Source: a virus
Lineage: Duplodnaviria > Caudoviricetes
Direction: 5' to 3' (one strand)
DNA length: 32,179 nucleotides
Virus record (IMG/VR): IMGVR_UViG_3300032305_000084
Coordinates: 1-32,179 of that record
Part shown: positions 25,378 through 32,179 of the stretch, in pieces
Layout of the letters: the number at the start of each line of letters is the position of its first letter
Numbering within the stretch: position 1 is the stretch's first letter
The notes under the pieces: generated by a model
Told to the model about the DNA's origin: nothing
Database searches by the model: none
The model's input: only the letters and a program-made list of their open reading frames with translations
Made by a program: the position numbers and the translations under genes

Positions 25378-26901
25378 TCAAGCCCCCATCCAACCACTAG
25401 ATACCGCACTGCGTTCAGTCACAATGCGCCGAGCCACTTCTGTGTACGAACGATGCGCCACAGGGAAAGCAAACGTCACAGCGATAGCATCCGCTGCGTC
25501 AGGAGAAGCCAAGCCGCGAGCTTTCATCTCTTTTTTGCCTTCCAAAAATATAGTTCCTGACGAGTTGGGCTTCTTTGTCGGACCTGTCAGGTCTGCCCTC
25601 AACTGTCTGTCTTGCGGAATACTAGCAGATTTTAGCCAATTCCTCATATCATTCCACATCTCAGCGCGTTTATTTCCAAAGGCTTGTGGCTGTTTTGCCT
25701 TGTTTCCAAAGTTTACGCCTCTCACTTTGTACCGCTGTTCGTTCAATCGGTCTAATATTCCGTAACCCAAACCACCCTCATCAATGACCGTTAGGGTAGG
25801 TTTAAATTCTTCAATGGCATCAATGACGCGACCCACAATCTCCATTGTGTCTTCGCCCTTATATCGCTTGATCGCCACAATATCTCGCCCTTGTCTGACA
25901 GCAATGACCGTAGAGTCAGCGCCACCCCTTGCAGGGTCAACCCCCACCACTATTGGTGCGGTTAGGTCTTTCCATTTGGGGCGTTTCATAGCGTCATCCA
26001 CGATCATTGGAGAAATAAACTGGTCTTCACCCGCAGATGGGAACTCTCCGTAGACCTCAACCTTGGCTTGGCTTGAGTCTTCGCCATATTCAGCAATGAT
26101 TTGCTCATAAATTGACTTGTCTGTGTCCTCAACAGTCCGAGCGTCAACGATTTTTGATGTCCAGAAGTCCCGTTTGGCGTGAAAGCACTCAAAGAAGTAG
26201 CCTTCGTTCCTACGGGGGTTGGAAAACGCAAACCAATAGCGATCAGGGCTGTTTTCTGTAAAGAAGCCTGCGCCCACTTCCCAGATTGGGTTAGGAATAC
26301 CGCTAGATTCATCAAAAATAAGCATCATGCCGTCTTGGTTGTGGACACCAGCGTAAGAATCGGGGTTTTCAGCGCTCCACAACTTACCTTCACACGACCA
26401 GTAACGCGTTCCCTTCTTCAGATCACGCTCTACTAGCTCAGTTAGCCATTGTGCGGGGATTAACTTTGTCGCTGAAATCTCCCACCAATGCGAATTGATG
26501 AGCATTGCTGCCCATTTTGTCAATTCAGCCCATGTGACCGAGCGCAATTGGTTCTCGCTGTTGGCAGAAACCACAACCGAGCCGCCGATTCTTGTGGTCA
26601 GCATCCAAAGAATGAGCCAAGAAACCAAAGCAGACTTACCGATACCGCGACCAGATGAGACAGCCATGCGGATGGTTTCGTAGTTGATCAACCCTTTTTG
26701 CCGTTTAATGTGAGCCGTGATCTCCCTCAGAACTTCTCTTTGCCACTTTCTTGGACCGCTGAAGTTAGCCAAAGGTGTGTTTTTCTGTCCCCAAGGAAAG
26801 GCAAAGAGAACAAAGGCTTCAGGGTCATCTGCAATTGCAGGCGACCACAGTTCTACCATTAGCTTTTGTTCTTCTTCGGATTTATAGATTGGAGTTTGCA
26901 T
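25378..26901 (-). CDS. terL: terminase large subunit
   Basis: Walker A SGRGIGKS, Walker B LIFDE, coupling motif SNP, nuclease GVDPARGG.D and SPD.ADA. Confidence 0.95.
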   Translation of the reverse strand: MQTPIYKSEEEQKLMVELWSPAIADDPEAFVLFAFPWGQKNTPLANFSGPRKWQREVLREITAHIKRQKGLINYETIRMAVSSGRGIGKSALVSWLILWMLTTRIGGSVVVSANSENQLRSVTWAELTKWAAMLINSHWWEISATKLIPAQWLTELVERDLKKGTRYWSCEGKLWSAENPDSYAGVHNQDGMMLIFDESSGIPNPIWEVGAGFFTENSPDRYWFAFSNPRRNEGYFFECFHAKRDFWTSKIVDARTVEDTDKSIYEQIIAEYGEDSSQAKVEVYGEFPSAGEDQFISPMIVDDAMKRPKWKDLTAPIVVGVDPARGGADSTVIAVRQGRDIVAIKRYKGEDTMEIVGRVIDAIEEFKPTLTVIDEGGLGYGILDRLNEQRYKVRGVNFGNKAKQPQAFGNKRAEMWNDMRNWLKSASIPQDRQLRADLTGPTKKPNSSGTIFLEGKKEMKARGLASPDAADAIAVTFAFPVAHRSYTEVARRIVTERSAVSSGWMGA

Positions 26902-28613
26902 TAACGACCTTGACGAAGTTTATTTTTAATTTCTTCTGCTTGTTTCATGTAAGCATCTATGCTCATAGAACTTGGAGGCTTGTTTTGCATTAAACCTTCT
27001 TTGATTGCAGTTTCTGAAGCGCCAATGTCAAACATCTTAGACGCTTGAAGTCGATCAATTATCTGACCGTCTTTAGTCATAAAAAGATCGCTGTCAACTT
27101 CAGCGCCTTTGGGATAAATGTATTTCCCTCCTTCTTTTCTTACAACACCCTCATAAATTGCCCTATTAAGAGCATCACCATGAGTGCGACCAGTAAATAT
27201 TTTGTCGCCAATTAAAACTACAGCACTTTGAATTGGATTGCCTTCTCTAACAATGCTTTGAGCATTATTGCGGCTTTCACGCAATCCGTTAGTTGATTCC
27301 GCTATTCCGTCAGTTTTCTTAATAATTAAATTATTGGGCGCAACGTCATAAGATTCGTAAGGATAGATAACTCGCCTTTGCACATCGCTGTAGTTCATGC
27401 GTTTTTGAACTGCTCTAGCTTCAGCCTCACCCGCCAATCTGCGGTAAGCCTCATCTGCATCTGGTGGCTCATACAACTTTTGGTTCATCAAGTCATCATA
27501 TTTTGTGCGAAGCACATCGTATTGAGCTTGTTTGGCTTTATTAAACTTTCTCTCAAATTCAGGCAACGCATCCATTTGCTTAGACAACGAACTCAATTCG
27601 CTATTAATGCCTGCGTACCAATCATTCAAAACAGTAGACGGGCTTCCACCTTTAGCAAAGCCTTCTTTTCGTTGGATAGCGTGTTGCAACTCATGCAAAG
27701 CCACACCCCTTTCAGGCTCCATCGCTTTTTGACCCATTGTGATTACGTTGTCATTAGGGTCAAAAGTAGCGCCTTGATATTCTTCTTTAGGCCAATGTTG
27801 GAACTTAACCTCATTTAACTCAGGATAGGCTTGTTGCAATCTAGGATGCTCCAACGCACCCTCAAATGTCTTAGCTTCAATAGCGCCATAGGCATCAGGC
27901 TTGCCCTGACCCAATGTCAACTTTGCACCCGTGTCGCTAATCTCTTGACGCAACTTACCTTCTGGACCACGGAAAGTTCCCGTAGCCATCCAAATGTCTT
28001 CTGGCGTATTCCCTGCCTTTTCCATCTTTAAAGCAAGTTCTTCAGCGCCCTTATTCCAACTCTTTGATTTTTGACCAATAAAAATCTGTCTACGCGACCC
28101 TTGGCTCAAGTCACCAAGCAACTGAGCAGGCATCCCACCACGCGCCATAACCTGCGGAACAACCCTCTCCGCATATCTCTCCCCTGCCTTACCCACAGCC
28201 ATCACAGCCTTATCCCCCGCTAACGCCGCCTGTCTAGCAAGTCTCGCAGCCTTCAATGCTTCCGCAGGCGTCATCGGCGCAACCGAACCAATTTCCCCCG
28301 CTACCTCACCAACCCTAGAAGTAGGCGCTAGTGGCAATTCTTTCAATAACTGGCTAGTCCCATAAGGTAGAAGTTTCTGCTGACTGTAATCAACATCCCC
28401 AAACATCTCCATCGGCATAGGGCTTCTGACCACATTCAACACATCAGACGGCAATCCCAACGTACCCGCCACCCTACCCCTAAGCATCTGTAAAGGCACT
28501 TCAGTAGCACCTATAGGGTCTTGCACAGTCCTATTCCTGCGTAATTGCGGGTAATAGCCAAAGGCGGCTCCAAGTTCGTTTTGACCTGATGGGGTTAGCG
28601 AATTTTTAGGCAT
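26901..28613 (-). CDS. polyvalent-type protein: LPD23-like domain + zincin metallopeptidase-like (HExxH) + C-terminal unknown domain
   Basis: IW..TG.FRG.EGKLRQEISD, L.HP.L..AYPEL, HELQHAIQ..EGFA.GG, Y.RLAGEAEAR. Confidence 0.75.
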   Translation of the reverse strand: MPKNSLTPSGQNELGAAFGYYPQLRRNRTVQDPIGATEVPLQMLRGRVAGTLGLPSDVLNVVRSPMPMEMFGDVDYSQQKLLPYGTSQLLKELPLAPTSRVGEVAGEIGSVAPMTPAEALKAARLARQAALAGDKAVMAVGKAGERYAERVVPQVMARGGMPAQLLGDLSQGSRRQIFIGQKSKSWNKGAEELALKMEKAGNTPEDIWMATGTFRGPEGKLRQEISDTGAKLTLGQGKPDAYGAIEAKTFEGALEHPRLQQAYPELNEVKFQHWPKEEYQGATFDPNDNVITMGQKAMEPERGVALHELQHAIQRKEGFAKGGSPSTVLNDWYAGINSELSSLSKQMDALPEFERKFNKAKQAQYDVLRTKYDDLMNQKLYEPPDADEAYRRLAGEAEARAVQKRMNYSDVQRRVIYPYESYDVAPNNLIIKKTDGIAESTNGLRESRNNAQSIVREGNPIQSAVVLIGDKIFTGRTHGDALNRAIYEGVVRKEGGKYIYPKGAEVDSDLFMTKDGQIIDRLQASKMFDIGASETAIKEGLMQNKPPSSMSIDAYMKQAEEIKNKLRQGR

Positions 28614-28714
28614 AAGGAAAAAAATAAAAAATTGTTCGTGAGTCCACCGTTACTGTGACCTTTCCCTCTCGGCCCTCCCCCCTCCCCCTCGGCAGGATTT
28701 GGCGGGGCAACTGG

Positions 28715-29221
28715 TCAGTCTGGGTCTTTGGGCGTGACATCTGTGGCTGCTGACTTGTCGAATGTTACCCTCGATTGAGCCTCGGTGATCGCATCAATGA
28801 CGCTTATACGCGCATCTGTAACGCTTACATCTATCTTATCGCCATATGTCCTTGGCTTCAACTTACTTGCTACCCACTTCCTGGCATCCACTTGGAGTCT
28901 CTTCTGTTGTACCCAAGCACTAGCCTCTGGTCCTTTCAATCCTTCAGGCATCTCTGCGTCTGATAGCTCGATGATCTCCTCTGCTAGCTTGTCTGCCCTG
29001 TCCTCTACCGCCTTCTCATACATGGCGCGAAACTCAGCGTTGTCCGAGATCATGTTCCTAGCCAACCGATAGCTTGGCATCCCATCTTCCTTCAAGACTG
29101 ACGTTAGGCTCTTACCCGCGCTGATGCCATCAACAATCCTTTGCCAGCATGGATTTGTCAGCGGATAAAGCATCGGCCTTCCCATCTTTGGGCGGTCTAG
29201 CGGATGAAGTGCGTTTGCCAT
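28715..29221 (-). CDS. terS: terminase small subunit
   Basis: GRP..Y, HTH (I..G.SL..V....GMPS), RLQVDARKW.ASKLKP..YGDK, typical of Sf6-like TerS; AAAGGA SD. Confidence 0.85.
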   Translation of the reverse strand: MANALHPLDRPKMGRPMLYPLTNPCWQRIVDGISAGKSLTSVLKEDGMPSYRLARNMISDNAEFRAMYEKAVEDRADKLAEEIIELSDAEMPEGLKGPEASAWVQQKRLQVDARKWVASKLKPRTYGDKIDVSVTDARISVIDAITEAQSRVTFDKSAATDVTPKDPD

Positions 29222-29422
29222 CTTGTTCCTTTGTGCGCGTGCGCGTATAAATGCAGATTGTCTTCGAAAAGTGTTCTAAGCGTCTATTTATGCGGTTTGT
29301 CTATTTTCTGTCATTTCTTTAGTCATGCAAATAGTCTCTCTATCTATCCTTCTACTATCTCTTACCTTACCTATGAGAACAGTAGAGATAGCTTCTCCGA
29401 GACTAATGCTTTTTCATTAAGT

Positions 29423-29515
29423 GTAGAAGCCTCGATTTGGTCGTTCTAGCGTAAGGCAGAAAGCCAGAAAATTCCTTACTTCAACATCCTCGATTGCTGG
29501 CTTAACGGCTTCTAC
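29423..29515 (-). ncRNA. putative pseudoknotted structured RNA (~93 nt), family unassigned
   Basis: Four nested stems (9, 4, 7 imperfect, 6 bp) plus a perfect 7-bp loop-junction pairing AAGCCAG/CUGGCUU. Confidence 0.65.
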
Positions 29516-29814
29516 GAAATCCACTTGTTCTCTTCTCTCAGTTTTTCTTTAGTTCTCTCAAACGCTGCTTCCCACATTTGCCTTCTCTGTTCCTTGCTCA
29601 GATGTTGGCCTTGGTCTAGTTCAGCATGGCAAGTCTGACATAAAGCGGCTACGAACTCGTCACTTGCCTTAATTCCTCTTCCCTTCCCATGCTCTGCCCA
29701 GTTTGAGTGTGCTGCTTGTGTCTGTCCTTCAATCCCACAGTTCTGACAGGCTAGGCTTGCTACGTTCTTTAGGTGGGCTTTGCTACGGAAGTAGTTGAAC
29801 TTAGGAATCATCAT
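29512..29814 (-). CDS. Zn-binding HNH-like putative nuclease (DUF968/DUF1364-like)
   Basis: RS..HL..V..L.C..CG, AAH, GKG.G.K..D.....LC..CH...D. The true start is probably the ATG at 29814 overlapping the upstream stop. Confidence 0.75.
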   Translation of the reverse strand: MMIPKFNYFRSKAHLKNVASLACQNCGIEGQTQAAHSNWAEHGKGRGIKASDEFVAALCQTCHAELDQGQHLSKEQRRQMWEAAFERTKEKLREENKWIS

Positions 29815-30272
29815 GTGATCTCCACCACGTTCTTGCCCTTGCTCTTGATGTGATTGGCTGTCTTTGTGATCATCTTCTCGTATTCCGACCTTGGGATACT
29901 TGTCCTCTGAAGGTCGTGAAACTCCCACACATCCTTAATTGCTTTGATTCCTGTCCCTGATAAGCCCATCTTCTTGGTTTCCTGATACCTTTTGGCAGAT
30001 TCCAACATGGCAATCTGGGCTTCTTGGCAATATGGCAAAACTTCAGGACCAATCCCTGACTTTCCCATTGTTTCGGCAATGTTGATGATGTCTGCCAACC
30101 AACGCCAATCTTCTGTCGTTCCCATGCCCTTGGTCATTGCGTCAATGGCTGATAGCTCACAAAGCCTCAGTTTGTCCAAGGATTCCTTGTCAGCAATAGA
30201 TGCACCTGAGATAGCATGAAGAATTGGGTTGATCGCTGTTGACCAAACCTTGCGCTTACAACGCTTTTTCAT
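29811..30272 (-). CDS. phage hypothetical protein
   Basis: 153-aa ORF overlapping both neighbours. Confidence 0.75.
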   Translation of the reverse strand: MKKRCKRKVWSTAINPILHAISGASIADKESLDKLRLCELSAIDAMTKGMGTTEDWRWLADIINIAETMGKSGIGPEVLPYCQEAQIAMLESAKRYQETKKMGLSGTGIKAIKDVWEFHDLQRTSIPRSEYEKMITKTANHIKSKGKNVVEIT

Positions 30273-30672
30273 TTGTCTCTACTCCATGTTCGGCACACCA
30301 AGCGTTCAGATAGTCCACAAACTCACTTGCTTGCTCTTTAGTGAACTTGCGGGTCTGCTGTCCAAGTTGGACTACGCCCGTCATGTCTAAACTTGGCACA
30401 ACCTTGCCAGAATCTATTGCTTTTTCCTTGCAATACTGCCAAACCAATAGCCTTTTCCAATCTTCTGCATCCCAAACCGACCCCATGTGTTGAGACTGCT
30501 CGGCAATGTCTCTCAGAATTGCGTGATATTTGCGCTCTTGATCTCTGCTTTTACTCGCAGGCTTGATCTCTATCGTCATCTTTTGACCAGCAGATAACGC
30601 CTCTTTAACTTTAGGCCAAAGATTCAGCATTAACGCTGTGGCTTGTTGTGGGTTGTCAAGGTCGTATCTCAC
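30256..30672 (-). CDS. ninB: NinB/Orf-family recombination protein
   Basis: S..Q..KYHA.L.DIA.Q, W..EDWK.L, VPSLD..GVV.LG..T..F...Q.SE..DY..AW.AE.GV. Confidence 0.85.
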   Translation of the reverse strand: MRYDLDNPQQATALMLNLWPKVKEALSAGQKMTIEIKPASKSRDQERKYHAILRDIAEQSQHMGSVWDAEDWKRLLVWQYCKEKAIDSGKVVPSLDMTGVVQLGQQTRKFTKEQASEFVDYLNAWCAEHGVETNEKAL

Positions 30673-30935
30673 TTAACCACACCGATCATTCGTAAAGCCG
30701 CTTCAGGGCCATCAATCCTGCAAAGGGTACTACCAGTCCAACCTTCAAAAAAACCCTCTTGTAGCTTCGTTAAACGCTTTTTAGGGCCATCTTTGACTTC
30801 CATCAGGAATGTATGCCCCTTGTAACCCACTAAAAGGTCAACAGGTAGCCCAATAATCCAAACATAAGCGCCAGCAGCGCGTAAAGCACTAACGATTTGT
30901 TCTTGGTTTGCGTCTACCCGCGCAGCGTATCTCAT
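30669..30935 (-). CDS. small PD-(D/E)xK nuclease (VRR-NUC/resolvase-like)
   Basis: RVDANQ..IV.ALR..GA, P.DLLVGY.G...L.EVKD, LT..Q..F...W.G. Confidence 0.75.
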   Translation of the reverse strand: MRYAARVDANQEQIVSALRAAGAYVWIIGLPVDLLVGYKGHTFLMEVKDGPKKRLTKLQEGFFEGWTGSTLCRIDGPEAALRMIGVVK

Positions 30936-31033
30936 TCTTCAATGCTCATGTAAATGATGATGGCTATGACCAAAAACACTGCAAAAGCGCCTAATCCAAA
31001 CAAAACAATGATTCCTGCAACATTTTCAATCAT
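30932..31033 (-). CDS. 33-aa membrane peptide MIENVAGIIVLFGLGAFAVFLVIAIIIYMSIEE (not in ORF track)
   Basis: Single hydrophobic helix; ATGA overlap with the downstream gene. Confidence 0.6.
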   Translation of the reverse strand: MIENVAGIIVLFGLGAFAVFLVIAIIIYMSIEE

Positions 31034-31068
31034 GTAACACCTGTATGTACAAATTTATAAGTTTTGTA

Positions 31069-31251
31069 TCACTGTATGTGTACAACGTACTCACATTGAC
31101 CATTTTTTAACGGCGGCTCAGTAAACCAAGGCGTTATCTCACCGCTTGGTTGTTGTTCTAAAACTCTGCGGCAAGTTGCACAAGGTGTAACCAGCTTATT
31201 TGTTTCATCACGCCACCCGTTACAGCGGCAAATGTCAAACGGCAGGGTCAT
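31069..31251 (-). CDS. small Cys-rich hypothetical protein
   Basis: DI.RC.G...C..C.R...C.Y; ATGA overlap with the upstream gene. Confidence 0.7.
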   Translation of the reverse strand: MTLPFDICRCNGWRDETNKLVTPCATCRRVLEQQPSGEITPWFTEPPLKNGQCEYVVHIQ

Positions 31252-31604
31252 GCTTCGCCTCTTGCTCGGATTGCTGCGCGATATTTTTCAACGCCATCAC
31301 GATAAGATTTATATTCAGCCATCGTTGCAAACATTGCAGGCGATTTTGCTAAGTCATACTCTATCGACTCACACGCCTCACGCTCATTTAAAATTGCAGC
31401 GCGTGTTTCTGCGGCTGTAACTATTTGAAAGCGCTCTCTTAACGCCTCACGCTCTTTAGCCGCTACCAGTTTGGCAAAGGCTTCAAGACTTGGGCCTGTA
31501 TCTGTTCCATCTCTACGGTCAAATGCAAGGCCCATATACCCATCATGCGGATTGGGGTGTCTAAAACCAGCCTGTCTAGCCATCTCAATGATGTCTTGTG
31601 TCAT
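31248..31604 (-). CDS. hypothetical protein, MTQD..IEMARQ/AIRARGEA family, copy 2
   Basis: Shares three blocks with the adjacent gene. Confidence 0.75.
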   Translation of the reverse strand: MTQDIIEMARQAGFRHPNPHDGYMGLAFDRRDGTDTGPSLEAFAKLVAAKEREALRERFQIVTAAETRAAILNEREACESIEYDLAKSPAMFATMAEYKSYRDGVEKYRAAIRARGEA

Positions 31605-31740
31605 GCTTCACCTCGTGCTCGGATTGCTTGGGCTAAAGGTTGGCGAATCTTATTAGGCCATTCTGGTAGCTCAAGCGTTTCACAGACCTTTGCACACTCC
31701 TCACGTTCTTTAGCTGCTACCAGTTTGGCAAAGGCTTCAA
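31462..31740. repeat. 25-bp exact direct repeat GCTACCAGTTTGGCAAAGGCTTCAA (31462-31486, 31716-31740) within tandem paralogs
   Basis: Direct sequence comparison; further shared blocks at the gene starts and ends. Confidence 0.9.
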
Positions 31741-31819
31741 ATTCTTCGGGTGTATTCCCAAGTCCATGAAAAATTATTCCAACTTGTCTAGCCATCTCAA
31801 TGATTTCATCTTGTGTCAT
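31601..31819 (-). CDS. hypothetical protein, MTQD..IEMARQ/AIRARGEA family, copy 1
   Basis: IIEMARQ, EAFAKLVAAKERE and AIRARGEA are identical in both copies. Confidence 0.75.
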   Translation of the reverse strand: MTQDEIIEMARQVGIIFHGLGNTPEEFEAFAKLVAAKEREECAKVCETLELPEWPNKIRQPLAQAIRARGEA

Positions 31820-32019
31820 TCATCCACCCCATTCATTTCAAACTCAACACGCTGAATGGCTAGGCGCTCGTCATCCCAAATCAACCTGTCGTAGTCAGAT
31901 TGGGTCATGTTTAACCACGCTTTTTCTGTAGCGTTTAAAACATCAATGACGCGCTGGATTTCTTCAGGCGACTGTTCATAGTCCAATTCAGCAAATGCTT
32001 GATTCAATTTCGTGTTCAT
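31816..32019 (-). CDS. small acidic hypothetical protein
   Basis: AAGGAG SD; ATGA overlaps at both ends. Confidence 0.7.
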   Translation of the reverse strand: MNTKLNQAFAELDYEQSPEEIQRVIDVLNATEKAWLNMTQSDYDRLIWDDERLAIQRVEFEMNGVDE

Positions 32020-32179
32020 GATTTCTCCTTTAAGCGCTTACGCACTTCATCGGTGATACCTTTAAACAAGTCTTCTTTCTCAAGTTCCTCTGACCTTGCC
32101 TTGGCATAAGCTATCCAGCCAGGCTTGCGAGCCATACTTAAAAGATGCTGGATTTGCATCTCCCTCGCTGTCTCCAATG
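32016..32179 (-). CDS. hypothetical protein, 5' truncated by window (...LETAREMQIQHLLSMARKPGWIAYAKARSEELEKEDLFKGITDEVRKRLKEKS)
   Basis: Open frame from the window edge, ending in a TGA that overlaps the next ATG. Confidence 0.6.
   Translation of the reverse strand, partial: LETAREMQIQHLLSMARKPGWIAYAKARSEELEKEDLFKGITDEVRKRLKEKS

Larger units (their letters stand above)
1..32179. mobile_element. P22-like tailed bacteriophage genome segment (podovirus-type morphogenesis module)
   Basis: Collinear terS-terL-portal-scaffold-coat-gp4-gp10-ejection proteins-fibres-lysis genes, densely packed with overlapping start/stop codons. No host housekeeping genes, tape measure or sheath gene. Confidence 0.96.

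Noticed and set aside
29204-29449. 81-aa + strand ORF in the terS upstream gap
   Set aside because: Against the operon direction, Ser/Leu-rich low-complexity translation of a pyrimidine-rich strand, no SD.
29423-29515. Assignment to twister, HDV-like, pistol or hammerhead ribozyme, or to tRNA
   Set aside because: I could not find the catalytic consensus or topology of these classes (no CUGANGA/GAAA core, no room for HDV P3/P1.1, no cloverleaf or T-loop).
29815-29928. N-terminal extension of the HNH-like ORF given in the ORF track
   Set aside because: Lies inside the upstream gene; the ATG at 29814 overlapping its stop is the more plausible start.
31034-31083. Short CTGTATGT direct repeat and TACAAA/TTTGTA inverted repeat
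   Set aside because: Too short and AT-rich to distinguish from chance.
1-32179. Prophage boundary, integrase or alternative genetic code
   Set aside because: No host genes, att-like junction or integrase are seen. Genes are full length in the standard code, with TAA, TGA and TAG all used as stops. Lifestyle cannot be determined from this window.

Overview
About 32 kb of a tailed dsDNA bacteriophage with a P22-like (podovirus) morphogenesis module. No host genes, integrase, tRNA or CRISPR are visible. The + strand (1-1292) carries the end of a recombination operon: YqaJ/lambda-exonuclease, a small SSB-like protein and hypotheticals. Everything else is one long - strand run. In order it holds small early/nin-type genes (NinB, nuclease-like genes), TerS, an LPD23/zincin polyvalent protein, TerL, small basic proteins, GroES, portal, a ferritin-like protein, a fibre, scaffold, coat, decoration proteins, gp4/gp10/needle/gp14-like tail genes, three ejection proteins, a tail fibre hub plus three paralogous receptor-binding-like proteins, a lysis cassette (holin, M15 endolysin), and a GNAT / metallophosphoesterase / acidic-protein trio. 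The most notable unexplained signals are: (1) a ~93-nt pseudoknotted RNA-like element upstream of terS; (2) a shared N-x-L-[AT]-P...N-x-L motif linking two accessory proteins to two ejection proteins, a possible virion cargo-loading signal; (3) a branched array of paralogous fibre tips with conserved ends and variable cores; (4) several smaller structured intergenic elements. All assignments come from motif recognition and synteny; no database searches were run.
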